Shown here: positions 27,749 through 35,994 of the stretch, one piece after another | How the letters are laid out: each line of letters opens with the position of its first letter | How positions within the stretch are numbered: position 1 is the stretch's first letter | From: an uncultured Halobacteriales archaeon | GTDB lineage: Archaea > Halobacteriota > Halobacteria > Halobacteriales > Haloarculaceae | Reading direction: 5' to 3' | DNA length: 55,868 nucleotides | Assembly (NCBI GenBank): GCA_964443815.1 | Contig: CAYUFG010000001.1 | Span: 1 to 55,868, forward strand | The notes under the pieces: model-generated | What the model saw: only the letters and a program-made list of their open reading frames with translations | The model's database searches: none | Told to the model about the DNA's origin: nothing | Made by a program: the position numbers and the translations under genes

Positions 27749-28546
27749 TCAGTCCGTCCACATCGTCGCCATCTCGGTCGACGAGTCCGGAAGCGCCTCG
27801 CGGAGCCTGGTACCGAACTCCGTAATGATATCGACTGCCTCGGCGTGGGTCTGAGCGGCGATCGCCACGAACGCGACGTGGCCCGATTCCTCGGCGAGTC
27901 TGGGGCGGTGGTGGGTCTCGACGGCAGTGAGCGATTCGTTGCCGTCGATTGTCCCTCGGCAGGTGTCGAGTGCCGCCTCGAGGTTCCGCCGCTGACGCCG
28001 GTCGAGCCACCCCTCGTGATCGGCCGTTGGCTGTGTGGCGACACAGGTGGCAATCGTGCTGGTGCGTTCAGAATCGATCGCCTCCCGAATGTCGCTGACG
28101 AGCGAGTCTCGCGTTTCGATCCCGTCGCAGCGATCGACACACGCCAGGGTGTCGCGGAGATCGATTGCGTCGACTCCAGGGGCTGTTGCGATGGCCCTGC
28201 CGGCGTGGTCTCGATCCCCGAGGACGACTGCCGGGACCCGTCCGTCGGTACTGTACCCCTCGATCAGCACGTACTCGTACTCGGGGGCGAGAGCGACCAG
28301 TAACTCACCGAGGTCGCGATCTCGACCTGTCGCGAACCACGATCCAGCCGGCATCACGCCGTATGTCTCCGCGGCGCCAGCCGCCCGGTGGCGATAGGTG
28401 TCTTTCCCCGGCTCGTCAATCTCTACCCGACAGTCGAGGTGTTTGACGGTTGCAACATCACCGCGCTCGGCGAGTTTCGGTACCAGTCGCTCGATCAGCG
28501 TGGTCTTGCCCGCATCCGACGGCCCGACGATTCGAAACGGCCGCAC
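27749..28546 (-). CDS. mobB: Molybdopterin-guanine dinucleotide biosynthesis protein MobB with a C-terminal extra domain of about 100 aa (MoaE-like?)
   Basis: 265 aa. It has a Walker A motif (GPSDAGKTT) and the MobB body (VATVKHLD...DEPGKDTYRH...YVLIEGY). The C-terminal part (...VETHHRPRLAEESGHVAFVAIAAQTHAEAVDIITEFGTRLRE...) resembles the MoaE HR.G.l..ge..v.vav...HR.eAf...id.lK segment from memory. Confidence 0.75.
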   Translation of the reverse strand: MRPFRIVGPSDAGKTTLIERLVPKLAERGDVATVKHLDCRVEIDEPGKDTYRHRAAGAAETYGVMPAGSWFATGRDRDLGELLVALAPEYEYVLIEGYSTDGRVPAVVLGDRDHAGRAIATAPGVDAIDLRDTLACVDRCDGIETRDSLVSDIREAIDSERTSTIATCVATQPTADHEGWLDRRQRRNLEAALDTCRGTIDGNESLTAVETHHRPRLAEESGHVAFVAIAAQTHAEAVDIITEFGTRLREALPDSSTEMATMWTD

Positions 28547-28760
28547 GTCGTTCCGTTCGCGCCGGTGGCTCTTTGCTCCACCGTCTCGTTAGTGCACTAC
28601 CGACGGAAGCCCGATCAGAACAGACGAAGCGGTGGCCACAATCCATGGGTGTATTTGCCGGCATACGCAGCGCTCGAAACGCGACGAGTGGTGCTGCTGG
28701 GTGGAGGGCGCAAGGGGGGAGATCTGCGCCCGGCCGAGTGCCCCTGACGGGAGGAACCGG

Positions 28761-29345
28761 ATGACCCGCCGTGCGATCGTCCTCGCGGGTGGCCAGAGCC
28801 GTCGATTCGGCGGCAGGGACAAGGCCCTCGCAAAGGTCGGGGGTGAACCGATGCTCCGTCTGGTCGGCCGGGCCGTGGGCGAGGCCACTGGCGCCCCACC
28901 GGTCGTCGCCGTCGGGTCCGCGGAGCGGGAAGCAACGTACGGCAGCGTTCTCGACTCTGCGGAGTTCGTTTTCGACGCTCCCGAGCCGGACGGCCCGGCC
29001 GGCGGCCTCGCGGCTGCTCTCGACCACACCACTGCCGAGTGGCTGTTTTTGTGTGGCTGTGACATGCCACATCTCGATCCTACGGCGATCGAGTGGTTGT
29101 TCGACCGGCGCGGAGACGCGGAGGCCGTCGTTCCAAAGTCCGATGAGTGGCGCCACCCGCTTCACGCGTGGTACCGCCGGTCAGCGCTCGAGCGTGCGCT
29201 CGACGACGAGCTGCGGCGATTACAGCAGCTCTGTGACACCATGTCAGAGACGGCGATCGTTGCCGTCGACGAGGCACCCGATTCTGTCCCGCTCGAGGCG
29301 TCGGTTCGGAACGTGAACACGCCCGACGAACTCGACCGTGAGTGA
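28761..29345 (+). CDS. mobA: Molybdenum cofactor guanylyltransferase MobA
   Basis: I start at ATG 28761, giving 194 aa. Motifs are AIVLAGGQSRRFGGRDKAL (the LAGGxSxRmG..DK motif) and FLCGCDMPHL. It is divergent from mobB across a 214-bp spacer. Confidence 0.85.
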   Translation: MTRRAIVLAGGQSRRFGGRDKALAKVGGEPMLRLVGRAVGEATGAPPVVAVGSAEREATYGSVLDSAEFVFDAPEPDGPAGGLAAALDHTTAEWLFLCGCDMPHLDPTAIEWLFDRRGDAEAVVPKSDEWRHPLHAWYRRSALERALDDELRRLQQLCDTMSETAIVAVDEAPDSVPLEASVRNVNTPDELDRE

Positions 29346-29491
29346 GTTCGCCCGCGATGGAGTCCACTGCGGGATCGTCCACGTAGGCGGAACGGCCTGC
29401 AGCGACCGGTTCATCCGACTGCCGACCGGCGGCCCGCCCACCGAGCCAGCGTAGCGCAACCTATTCGACCCCGGGGGCGGACAGAGCCCGC

Positions 29492-30724
29492 ATGGGCGAC
29501 GACCCCGGTCGGTGGGAGTACTCGATCCTGGTTCTGGGTGGGCTCGCTTACGCCTGCTACACGTTCGTCTGGTTCTCGCTGCCCGCACTCCTGACGCCGC
29601 TCATCGAGGACTTCGGCCTCTCGACGACACAGGCCGGCCTGGTCGTCGGCGCGGTTCCGCTCGTCTACATCCCGCTGGGGCTCGTCAGCGGCGTCCTGAT
29701 CGACCGACTCGGCTCCCGAGCGGCCATCGGCATCGCCCTGACCGGGTTCGGCCTCGTCCAGATCGCCCGCGGCGTCGCGACGGACTTCCTCGGCTTGCTC
29801 GTCCCGACGCTCCTCCTCGGCGTCCTCGGGATGGCAACGACGTTCGGCCTTCCAAAACTCGTCGCCGAACTCTTCCCACCGGAGCGGACCGGGTCGAGCA
29901 CCGCTGTCTACCAGGTGGGCTCACAGCTGGGGCCGGTCGCCGCCTTCGGTCTGAGTCGGCCGCTGCTCGAGCCCGTGCTGGGCGGGTGGGAGGCGGTGTT
30001 TCTCGTGAGCGGTGGCGTCGTGCTGGGTTTCGCGGCCGTCTGGTGGCTCGTCACGACTGTCTACGCGCGAACGGCCGAAGGTGGCTGGGGCGAGGCACCG
30101 AGCGACGGGGACGACGACGAGTCCACGCTCGAACTCGCCCGCCGCAACATCGGCACGCTGGTCACGCACCGCGACATGCTCTTGCTCGTGCTCGTCGGCA
30201 CGATGTACCTGTTCATCAACCACGGCCTCCGGGGCTGGCTCGCCGTCATACTCGAAGGAACCGGGCTCGCACCCGGGCTCGCGGGGCTGCTCGTCAGCTT
30301 CTTGATCGTCGCCGAAATCGCGGGGACGCTCTCGATCCCTACGCTCTCGGACCGGTGGAATCGCCGCAAGGCGGCGCTGGCCGTCTCCGGCGGCTGCTGT
30401 GCCATCGGGACGCTCGGCTTGCTGCTCACTCCCGGTGCCCTTCCCGTGATCGTTGTCGTGCTCGCCGTGACCGGAATCGGCATCGGCGGCCTCTCGCCGA
30501 TGATCAAGGCCATCCCCGCGGACATGGACGGCATCGGTCCCGGCATGACGGCGACTGCGGTCAGCCTGATCTACGCCGTCGGCGAGATCGGCGGCTTCAC
30601 CGGTCCGATCGTGATCGGTGGGCTGCGGGACCTCACCGGTGGCTTCACCGCAGGCCTAGGGGCCCTCCTCTTCGCTGGCGTCGTGGTCATCCTGGGAAGC
30701 CTCTCGATGCGCCGGATCGACTGA
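29492..30724 (+). CDS. MFS transporter
   Basis: 410 aa with 12 hydrophobic segments in a 6+6 layout around a central acidic loop (EGGWGEAPSDGDDDEST), and the MFS loop motif GVLIDRLGSRAAI. Confidence 0.85.
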   Translation: MGDDPGRWEYSILVLGGLAYACYTFVWFSLPALLTPLIEDFGLSTTQAGLVVGAVPLVYIPLGLVSGVLIDRLGSRAAIGIALTGFGLVQIARGVATDFLGLLVPTLLLGVLGMATTFGLPKLVAELFPPERTGSSTAVYQVGSQLGPVAAFGLSRPLLEPVLGGWEAVFLVSGGVVLGFAAVWWLVTTVYARTAEGGWGEAPSDGDDDESTLELARRNIGTLVTHRDMLLLVLVGTMYLFINHGLRGWLAVILEGTGLAPGLAGLLVSFLIVAEIAGTLSIPTLSDRWNRRKAALAVSGGCCAIGTLGLLLTPGALPVIVVVLAVTGIGIGGLSPMIKAIPADMDGIGPGMTATAVSLIYAVGEIGGFTGPIVIGGLRDLTGGFTAGLGALLFAGVVVILGSLSMRRID

Positions 30725-30762
30725 GTGGGTCGCGTCGCAACCGGCCCGCCGGCCGCATCGAC

Positions 30763-31737
30763 TCACTCACCGCCGTTGGTCACCGCGTCCTCGCGACCGG
30801 TGGTCGTCTCTCGAGCCCGCTGGATGGCGGCGACCCGTCGGTCACGTCGGGCGATCGCCGACGCGAGTGACTCGTCGTACTCGTGAAACCCAGCACCGCT
30901 GTCGACGCCGGTCCGGCCCGCCTCGATGCGGTCGTCGAAGACGGGGCCCGCCGAGTCCGCCGTCGAAAGGTGCGGGTAGAGGTCGTCGGCGATGTCGCGG
31001 AAGAGCTCGAGCCCCGCGAGGTCGGCGGTTTCGAAGGGCCCGACAGCGGCGGTTCGAAGCGCGTAGCCGTCGCGGACCGCACGCTCGACGTCGGCCAGCG
31101 AGGCCACGCCCTCCTGGACGAGATGGGCACACTCCCGGAGGACGGCGAACTGGATGCGGTTCCAGACGAAGCCAGGTACGTCCCGCTCGACGACGATCGG
31201 GTCGCGGCCGACGCCTTCGACGTACCCGACGGTCCGGTCGACGATACGGTCCGCGGTCGCCTCCCCGCGGACGACCTCGACGAGCGGTAGCAGGTACGGG
31301 GGGTTCCACCAGTGACAGCCGACCACCCGCTCCGGCTCGGGGACGAACTCGCCGAGTTCGGTGATGGGAATGCCGGAGGTGTTCGAGGCCAGCACGGCCT
31401 CGTCCGGCGCGGCGTCGGCGACTGTCTCGAACACCGAGCGCTTGATCGACCGGTCCTCAGACACCGTCTCGATGACCAAGTCGACGCCGGCGACGGCCTC
31501 CGGGGTATCGAGGGTCGTCTCGATCAGATCGAGTAGCGTCCCGTTCTCGCCCCGGTGCTGCGATTCGGCCTGCAGGAAGTCGATCGCGTCGGCGATCGTC
31601 CTGCGGGCAGCCTCGAGGTTTTCCGCCCGATGGTCGACCAGCGACACGGCGGAACCGTGGCGGGCGAACTGGACTGCGAGGCCCGAGCCCATGGTCCCCG
31701 CGCCCACGATCGCGACCGCATTGGGTGGCGTTGCCAT
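30763..31737 (-). CDS. 3-hydroxyacyl-CoA dehydrogenase-family NAD-dependent dehydrogenase (possibly the lambda-crystallin/L-carnitine dehydrogenase-like subgroup)
   Basis: 324 aa. Motifs are AIVGAGTMGSGLA (Rossmann fold), ASNTSGI and GCHWWNPPYLLPLVEVVRG. The NPPY..PLVE form resembles free-3-hydroxyacid dehydrogenases more than the HFFNP..M.LVE of Hbd, judged from memory. Confidence 0.8.
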   Translation of the reverse strand: MATPPNAVAIVGAGTMGSGLAVQFARHGSAVSLVDHRAENLEAARRTIADAIDFLQAESQHRGENGTLLDLIETTLDTPEAVAGVDLVIETVSEDRSIKRSVFETVADAAPDEAVLASNTSGIPITELGEFVPEPERVVGCHWWNPPYLLPLVEVVRGEATADRIVDRTVGYVEGVGRDPIVVERDVPGFVWNRIQFAVLRECAHLVQEGVASLADVERAVRDGYALRTAAVGPFETADLAGLELFRDIADDLYPHLSTADSAGPVFDDRIEAGRTGVDSGAGFHEYDESLASAIARRDRRVAAIQRARETTTGREDAVTNGGE

Positions 31738-31838
31738 GGGGCGTGGACGGCGGATCGCGCCAAGAAAGCCACGCCGCGGTCACCGCCCGGTTGCCGAGAC
31801 GGCAACGTTGAAGTGACTCATTGGAGTGGGGCCGAACA

Positions 31839-33041
31839 ATGGCGGAGGCCGGCTCATCGACCTCGAACTCCGAGCGACTCTTTCGGGACTACTCGGGGCG
31901 GATGCTGATCATTCTCACCGCGGGGTCCATCTTCGCGACCTTCGGCCGGCGCGTGCTCTCGCCGCTGCTGCCGGCCATCATCGCCGACCTCAGCATCACC
32001 CCGTTCCGGGCCGGCATCGCGCTGTCGATCGCGACAGCCTGCTACGCGGTCCTCCAGTATCCGAGCGGTCGGATGGCCGACCAGCTCACCCGCCGGACGG
32101 TCCTCGTGGGGAGCCTGACGGCCGTGTTCCTGGGCGCTGCGCTCCTCTCGGTCACGCCCACCTACCTCGTGTTCGTCCTCGGAGCCGGACTCATCGGTGT
32201 CAGCGAGGGACTGTACGGGCCGGCCAGCCGCGCCCTCCTCTCCGATCTGTTCACGGCGCGTCGCGGCCAGGCCTTCGGCCTGCTCAACGCGTCGATCGAC
32301 CTCGCGGGCATCTCGGCGGCCGCCGCGGCCATCGGCGTCCTCGCTATCGCCGGCTGGCAGCTGACCTTCCGCGTCGTCGCCCTCGCCGTGCTCCCTGTCC
32401 TCGCGCTCTTGTGGTACCTGTCCAGGGAGCCGATCGAGCTCTCGCGGTTCGACGTCGGTATCCGTGAGACGGGCGCGAGGCTGCTCTCATTCAGCCAGGT
32501 GAAGTGGATCGCCCTGGCGTACATCTTCTACATGGTCACCGTCCAGGGTGCGGTGGCGTTCATCCCCACGCTGCTCGCGCTCGAGCACGGCTTCTCGGAG
32601 ACGGCCGCGAGCGCAATCTTCGGCGCCATGTTCGCGACCGGGCTGGTCGTCAAGCCGCTTGCCGGTCGGCTCAGCGACCGCTTCCCCCGTCTGTACGTAT
32701 CCGGGACCGGCCTGCTGTTCGCCACCGCGGGGCTCGTGATCTTGGTCGTCGCGCCGGCACCTGTTTTCGCGCTCGCGGGGGTGCTCGTCTGGGCGGCCGG
32801 TGGCAAGATGTTCCCGCCCGTCATGCAGGCGTACCTGATGGACACCTTCGACGAGGAGAGCAAAGGTGGGGACTTCGGCGCGCTGCGGTCGGTCTTCCTC
32901 ATCGTCGCCAGCATCGGCCCGGCGTACGTCGGGTTCGTCGCCGGGCGCACCACCTACACGTTCGCCTTCGGGACGCTCATCGTGTGCGTGCTCGCGTCCG
33001 CAGCGATCGTGATCGGCCTCGGCCGCACGACGCCCTCGTGA
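31839..33041 (+). CDS. MFS transporter
   Basis: I start at ATG 31839 (MAEAGSS...); the track ORF begins at TTG 31821. It has 12 hydrophobic segments and the loop motif GRMADQLTRRTVL. Confidence 0.85.
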   Translation: MAEAGSSTSNSERLFRDYSGRMLIILTAGSIFATFGRRVLSPLLPAIIADLSITPFRAGIALSIATACYAVLQYPSGRMADQLTRRTVLVGSLTAVFLGAALLSVTPTYLVFVLGAGLIGVSEGLYGPASRALLSDLFTARRGQAFGLLNASIDLAGISAAAAAIGVLAIAGWQLTFRVVALAVLPVLALLWYLSREPIELSRFDVGIRETGARLLSFSQVKWIALAYIFYMVTVQGAVAFIPTLLALEHGFSETAASAIFGAMFATGLVVKPLAGRLSDRFPRLYVSGTGLLFATAGLVILVVAPAPVFALAGVLVWAAGGKMFPPVMQAYLMDTFDEESKGGDFGALRSVFLIVASIGPAYVGFVAGRTTYTFAFGTLIVCVLASAAIVIGLGRTTPS

Positions 33042-33423
33042 TCCCATCCAATCCGAAACTTGGGACGGGTGCCAACAACCACAAGGTCGGCAGTAGCGGA
33101 AAATCCACCCTCTACCGAAGTCATCAACTTTCGCGTAAATACGTCGGTCAGGGTACGGTCAATTGTCGGTGGTTGTAGCCGTATCCGTGGTGCGTGGTGA
33201 GCGAACCCCACGAGGGTCCCGCCGACGAGGCCATTGAGTCCTACACAGTCCCGTCAGGTCCTCTAGATGTGGTTTGAGACGGCCCTCCCGTCCGATGCAC
33301 AAGGAGAGATTTAATAGGTGGCGCGCGCCCGGTCGGGGCCTAATCGCTGTGCCGCCCTTTGGCACTCGTTCGCCGTGGCACCCTAGCTTCCAGACGGTCG
33401 TCAGAGCGGATACCTGGCCCCCG

Positions 33424-33429
33424 TTTTAT
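33424..33429 (+). promoter_or_regulatory. TATA-like box for the khtT-like/antiporter pair (tentative)
   Basis: TTTTAT is centred about 29-30 nt upstream of ATG 33456, at the end of a 414-bp non-coding region. The spacing is compatible with a leaderless archaeal mRNA. Confidence 0.35.
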
Positions 33430-33455
33430 CTGGTCTCGCTCCGACAGCTGGCGTA

Positions 33456-33956
33456 ATGGTGATCTACGAGACCGAAGTTCCAGGTGTGGGGAAGCGGTTC
33501 GAAGTCGAAACCGGCGGTGGTGAACGCCTCGTCGTGATCGTTCACCACGATGGAAAGCGGGAGATCTACCGCCGTCCGGACCCGGACGCCGATGCAGAGA
33601 AACTGTTCGATCTCTCATCGAGCCAAGCTCGTGAAATCGCAACCGTCCTCGAAGGCGCGGACTTCCAGCCTCTGGACCTCGACGATGCCGACATTCCGCT
33701 GGGGGAGGCAATCATGGAGTGGATCGAGGTGCCCGAGGATTCGCCACTCTCGGGCGAAACCCTGGAAGAGGCCCAAATCGGAAAACGGACCGGCGTCACT
33801 ATCGCCGCGATCCAGCGTGGTGATGAAACGATCGCTAGCCCGGGCGCCGATTCAGTGATATCCCAGGGAGACATCCTCGTAATCATCGGCTCCCGCTCGG
33901 ACCAGCAAGCTTTCCAGTCTCTCGTAGAAACGGGGTCGATTCAGGTCGACGAGTAG
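33456..33956 (+). CDS. TrkA-C (RCK C-terminal) domain regulatory subunit of a cation:proton antiporter (KhtT-like)
   Basis: 166 aa. It has an N-terminal beta-rich segment (VIYETEVPGVGKRFEVETGGGERLVVIVHHDGKREIY), then the TrkA-C pattern (IEVPEDSPLSGETLEEAQIGKRTGVTIAAIQRGDETIASPGADSVISQGDILVIIG). Its stop TAG abuts the ATG of the antiporter gene. Confidence 0.8.
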   Translation: MVIYETEVPGVGKRFEVETGGGERLVVIVHHDGKREIYRRPDPDADAEKLFDLSSSQAREIATVLEGADFQPLDLDDADIPLGEAIMEWIEVPEDSPLSGETLEEAQIGKRTGVTIAAIQRGDETIASPGADSVISQGDILVIIGSRSDQQAFQSLVETGSIQVDE

Positions 33957-35147
33957 ATGGCCGAGACCCCGCTCATCGAGGTAGGCATAGCGATCTTCAG
34001 TCTCGCGCTTGTAGGCGCTGCTGCCCGACGGCTCGGTCAGTCGGTCATCCCCGCCTATATCATCGCCGGCATCCTCGTCGGGCCCTACGTTCCGACGAAC
34101 ATCGGGAGCCTCTCGCTCCAGCTTGTAACCCAAGGTGAATTCCTCACCGTCATCGCGGAACTCGGGATCATCTTCCTGTTGTTCTTCCTCGGGCTGGAGT
34201 TCAGTCTCGGCACGCTCATCCGAAATCGGGTTCGCCTCACGAAGGTTGGCGGTCTCGACCTCCTGTTCAACGGTCTCGTCGGCGTCGGGCTCGGGCTGTT
34301 GTTCGGATTCGGCCCGGTCACGACGGTGCTACTTACGGGGGTGGTGTATATCTCCTCGAGTGCGATCATCACGAAGGCGCTCACCGACACGGGCTGGCTC
34401 GCAAACCCCGAGAGCGAAGTTATCCTCGGGACACTCATCGTCGAAGACCTAGTCATAGCGGTGTATCTGGCGGTTGTCTCGGCCCTGGTGGTTGGTGGAG
34501 GTCCACCGGAGGCGATTGCAATTACTGTCGCACAGTCGTTCGTCTTTCTGGGCGGGTTGGCAGCGGTAGCCCACTACGGGACCGGGTACGTCGATCGGGT
34601 TTTCTCGGTCGAGTCTAACGAGTTGTTTCTGCTCCGAGTTGTCGGGACGACCGTCCTCATCGGCGGCGTGGCGTTATCGATCGGCGCGAGCGAGGCAGTC
34701 GCCGCGTTTTTCGTGGGGACGGCGTTTCACGGGACCGATCTCGTGGGGCGAATCGAGGCACAACTCTCGCCCCTTCGAGACGTGTTCGCTGCGTTGTTCT
34801 TTTTGTCGATTGGGGTCTCGACCGATCTGCGGGTGGTAGCCGACGCGGGCCTGCTTATTGCCGTCGCTGTCGTCGGGACCACGGTAACGAAAGTGGTCAG
34901 CGGATACCTCAGCGGGTACGTGTACGAGTTAAATCAACGACGGTCACTTCGGGTTGGTCTCGGACTCGTCCCTCGGGGAGAGTTTTCGTTGATCATCGCC
35001 GCGTTGGCCGCGACGAGTGCCATTCCGGAGGTTCAGAACGTCATCCCGGCGTTCACGGTCGGATACGTCCTGGTGATGAGTATCATCGGCTCGGTGAGCA
35101 TCCAGTACTCTGATATTTTGGCACGGACGCTCGGTTTGACCGGCTGA
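33957..35147 (+). CDS. CPA2-family cation:proton antiporter (Kef/KhtU-like membrane subunit)
   Basis: 396 aa and multi-TM. Motifs are IPAYIIAGILVGPY, LGIIFLLFFLGLEFSL, and EDLVIAVYLAV, as in Na+/H+ exchanger-family (CPA2) proteins. Confidence 0.85.
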   Translation: MAETPLIEVGIAIFSLALVGAAARRLGQSVIPAYIIAGILVGPYVPTNIGSLSLQLVTQGEFLTVIAELGIIFLLFFLGLEFSLGTLIRNRVRLTKVGGLDLLFNGLVGVGLGLLFGFGPVTTVLLTGVVYISSSAIITKALTDTGWLANPESEVILGTLIVEDLVIAVYLAVVSALVVGGGPPEAIAITVAQSFVFLGGLAAVAHYGTGYVDRVFSVESNELFLLRVVGTTVLIGGVALSIGASEAVAAFFVGTAFHGTDLVGRIEAQLSPLRDVFAALFFLSIGVSTDLRVVADAGLLIAVAVVGTTVTKVVSGYLSGYVYELNQRRSLRVGLGLVPRGEFSLIIAALAATSAIPEVQNVIPAFTVGYVLVMSIIGSVSIQYSDILARTLGLTG

Positions 35148-35319
35148 TCTCGTGTACGCGAAACACACTGATTCGAAAAGTGAGCGTTTGTCGTGAATCG
35201 TGTCACAACGCAGAATCTAAGTTGGTGATCATCTCGACGGACGGCGAGGCGTGACCAGCCCGCGCGGCCAACGCCTCCTGGTACTTCTATTACCCCCGCC
35301 CGCCAACCAGACAGCTGCC

Positions 35320-35958
35320 ATGGCAACCGAAGTCGTACCCGGCGTCTACCAGACGCGCATCGCCCACGCCAAGATCGTCTACGTGGAGGACGCGAACCTC
35401 CTCCAGGACACCGGCCTCGCCGACGAGTGGGCCGACGTCCAGGCATTCGTCGAGGAAGTGGGGCCCGTCGACCGCCTGTTCATCACCCACGCCCACGGCG
35501 ACCACGTCGGCAACGCCGAGCGGGTGATCGAGGAGTACGATCCGGACGTGTACGTCCCCGAAGACGAACCGCTCGACGTCGACTTCGGCGATGCTGACGT
35601 CACCGAGGTCGGCGACGGCGACGAGATCGCTGGCCACGAGGTGGTCTCGATCCCTGGACACACCGAGGGTATCGCGGGGCTGTACATCGAGGAGGAGTCG
35701 ACGCTGCTCGCCTCGGACATGCTCGACGGGGCCGACCGGCGCGGCCTGCCCGCGGGGTTCCTGCTTCCCCCGCCGGCCCAGTACAACTGGGATAGCAAGA
35801 AAGCCGAAGTCGGCCTCGAGCGGCTCCAGGCGCTCGACATCGACACTGCCGTCGTCACCCACGGTTCCAACATCGAGTCTGGCGTCAACGAGCAACTCGA
35901 CCGGTTCCTCGACTTCACCGATCACTACCGACAGGAGCTGCTCGCGAGCCTCGAGTGA
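35320..35958 (+). CDS. MBL-fold metallo-hydrolase (glyoxalase II/thioesterase-like)
   Basis: I start at ATG 35320, giving 212 aa. Motifs are FITHAHGDHVGN (HxHxDH) and SIPGHTEG. It lies 36 bp upstream of, and co-directional with, the acyl-CoA dehydrogenase gene. Confidence 0.8.
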   Translation: MATEVVPGVYQTRIAHAKIVYVEDANLLQDTGLADEWADVQAFVEEVGPVDRLFITHAHGDHVGNAERVIEEYDPDVYVPEDEPLDVDFGDADVTEVGDGDEIAGHEVVSIPGHTEGIAGLYIEEESTLLASDMLDGADRRGLPAGFLLPPPAQYNWDSKKAEVGLERLQALDIDTAVVTHGSNIESGVNEQLDRFLDFTDHYRQELLASLE

Positions 35959-35994
35959 AGGAAGCGTTAACTGCACCTTCCGCCAGGTCGGGAC

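Noticed and set aside
32954-33365. ORFs inside the long non-coding gap: 32954-33211 (85 aa) and 33159-33365 (68 aa), both on the minus strand.
   Set aside because: Their translations are basic (R-rich) and atypical for this proteome. The first overlaps the end of the MFS gene, and neither has a family resemblance.
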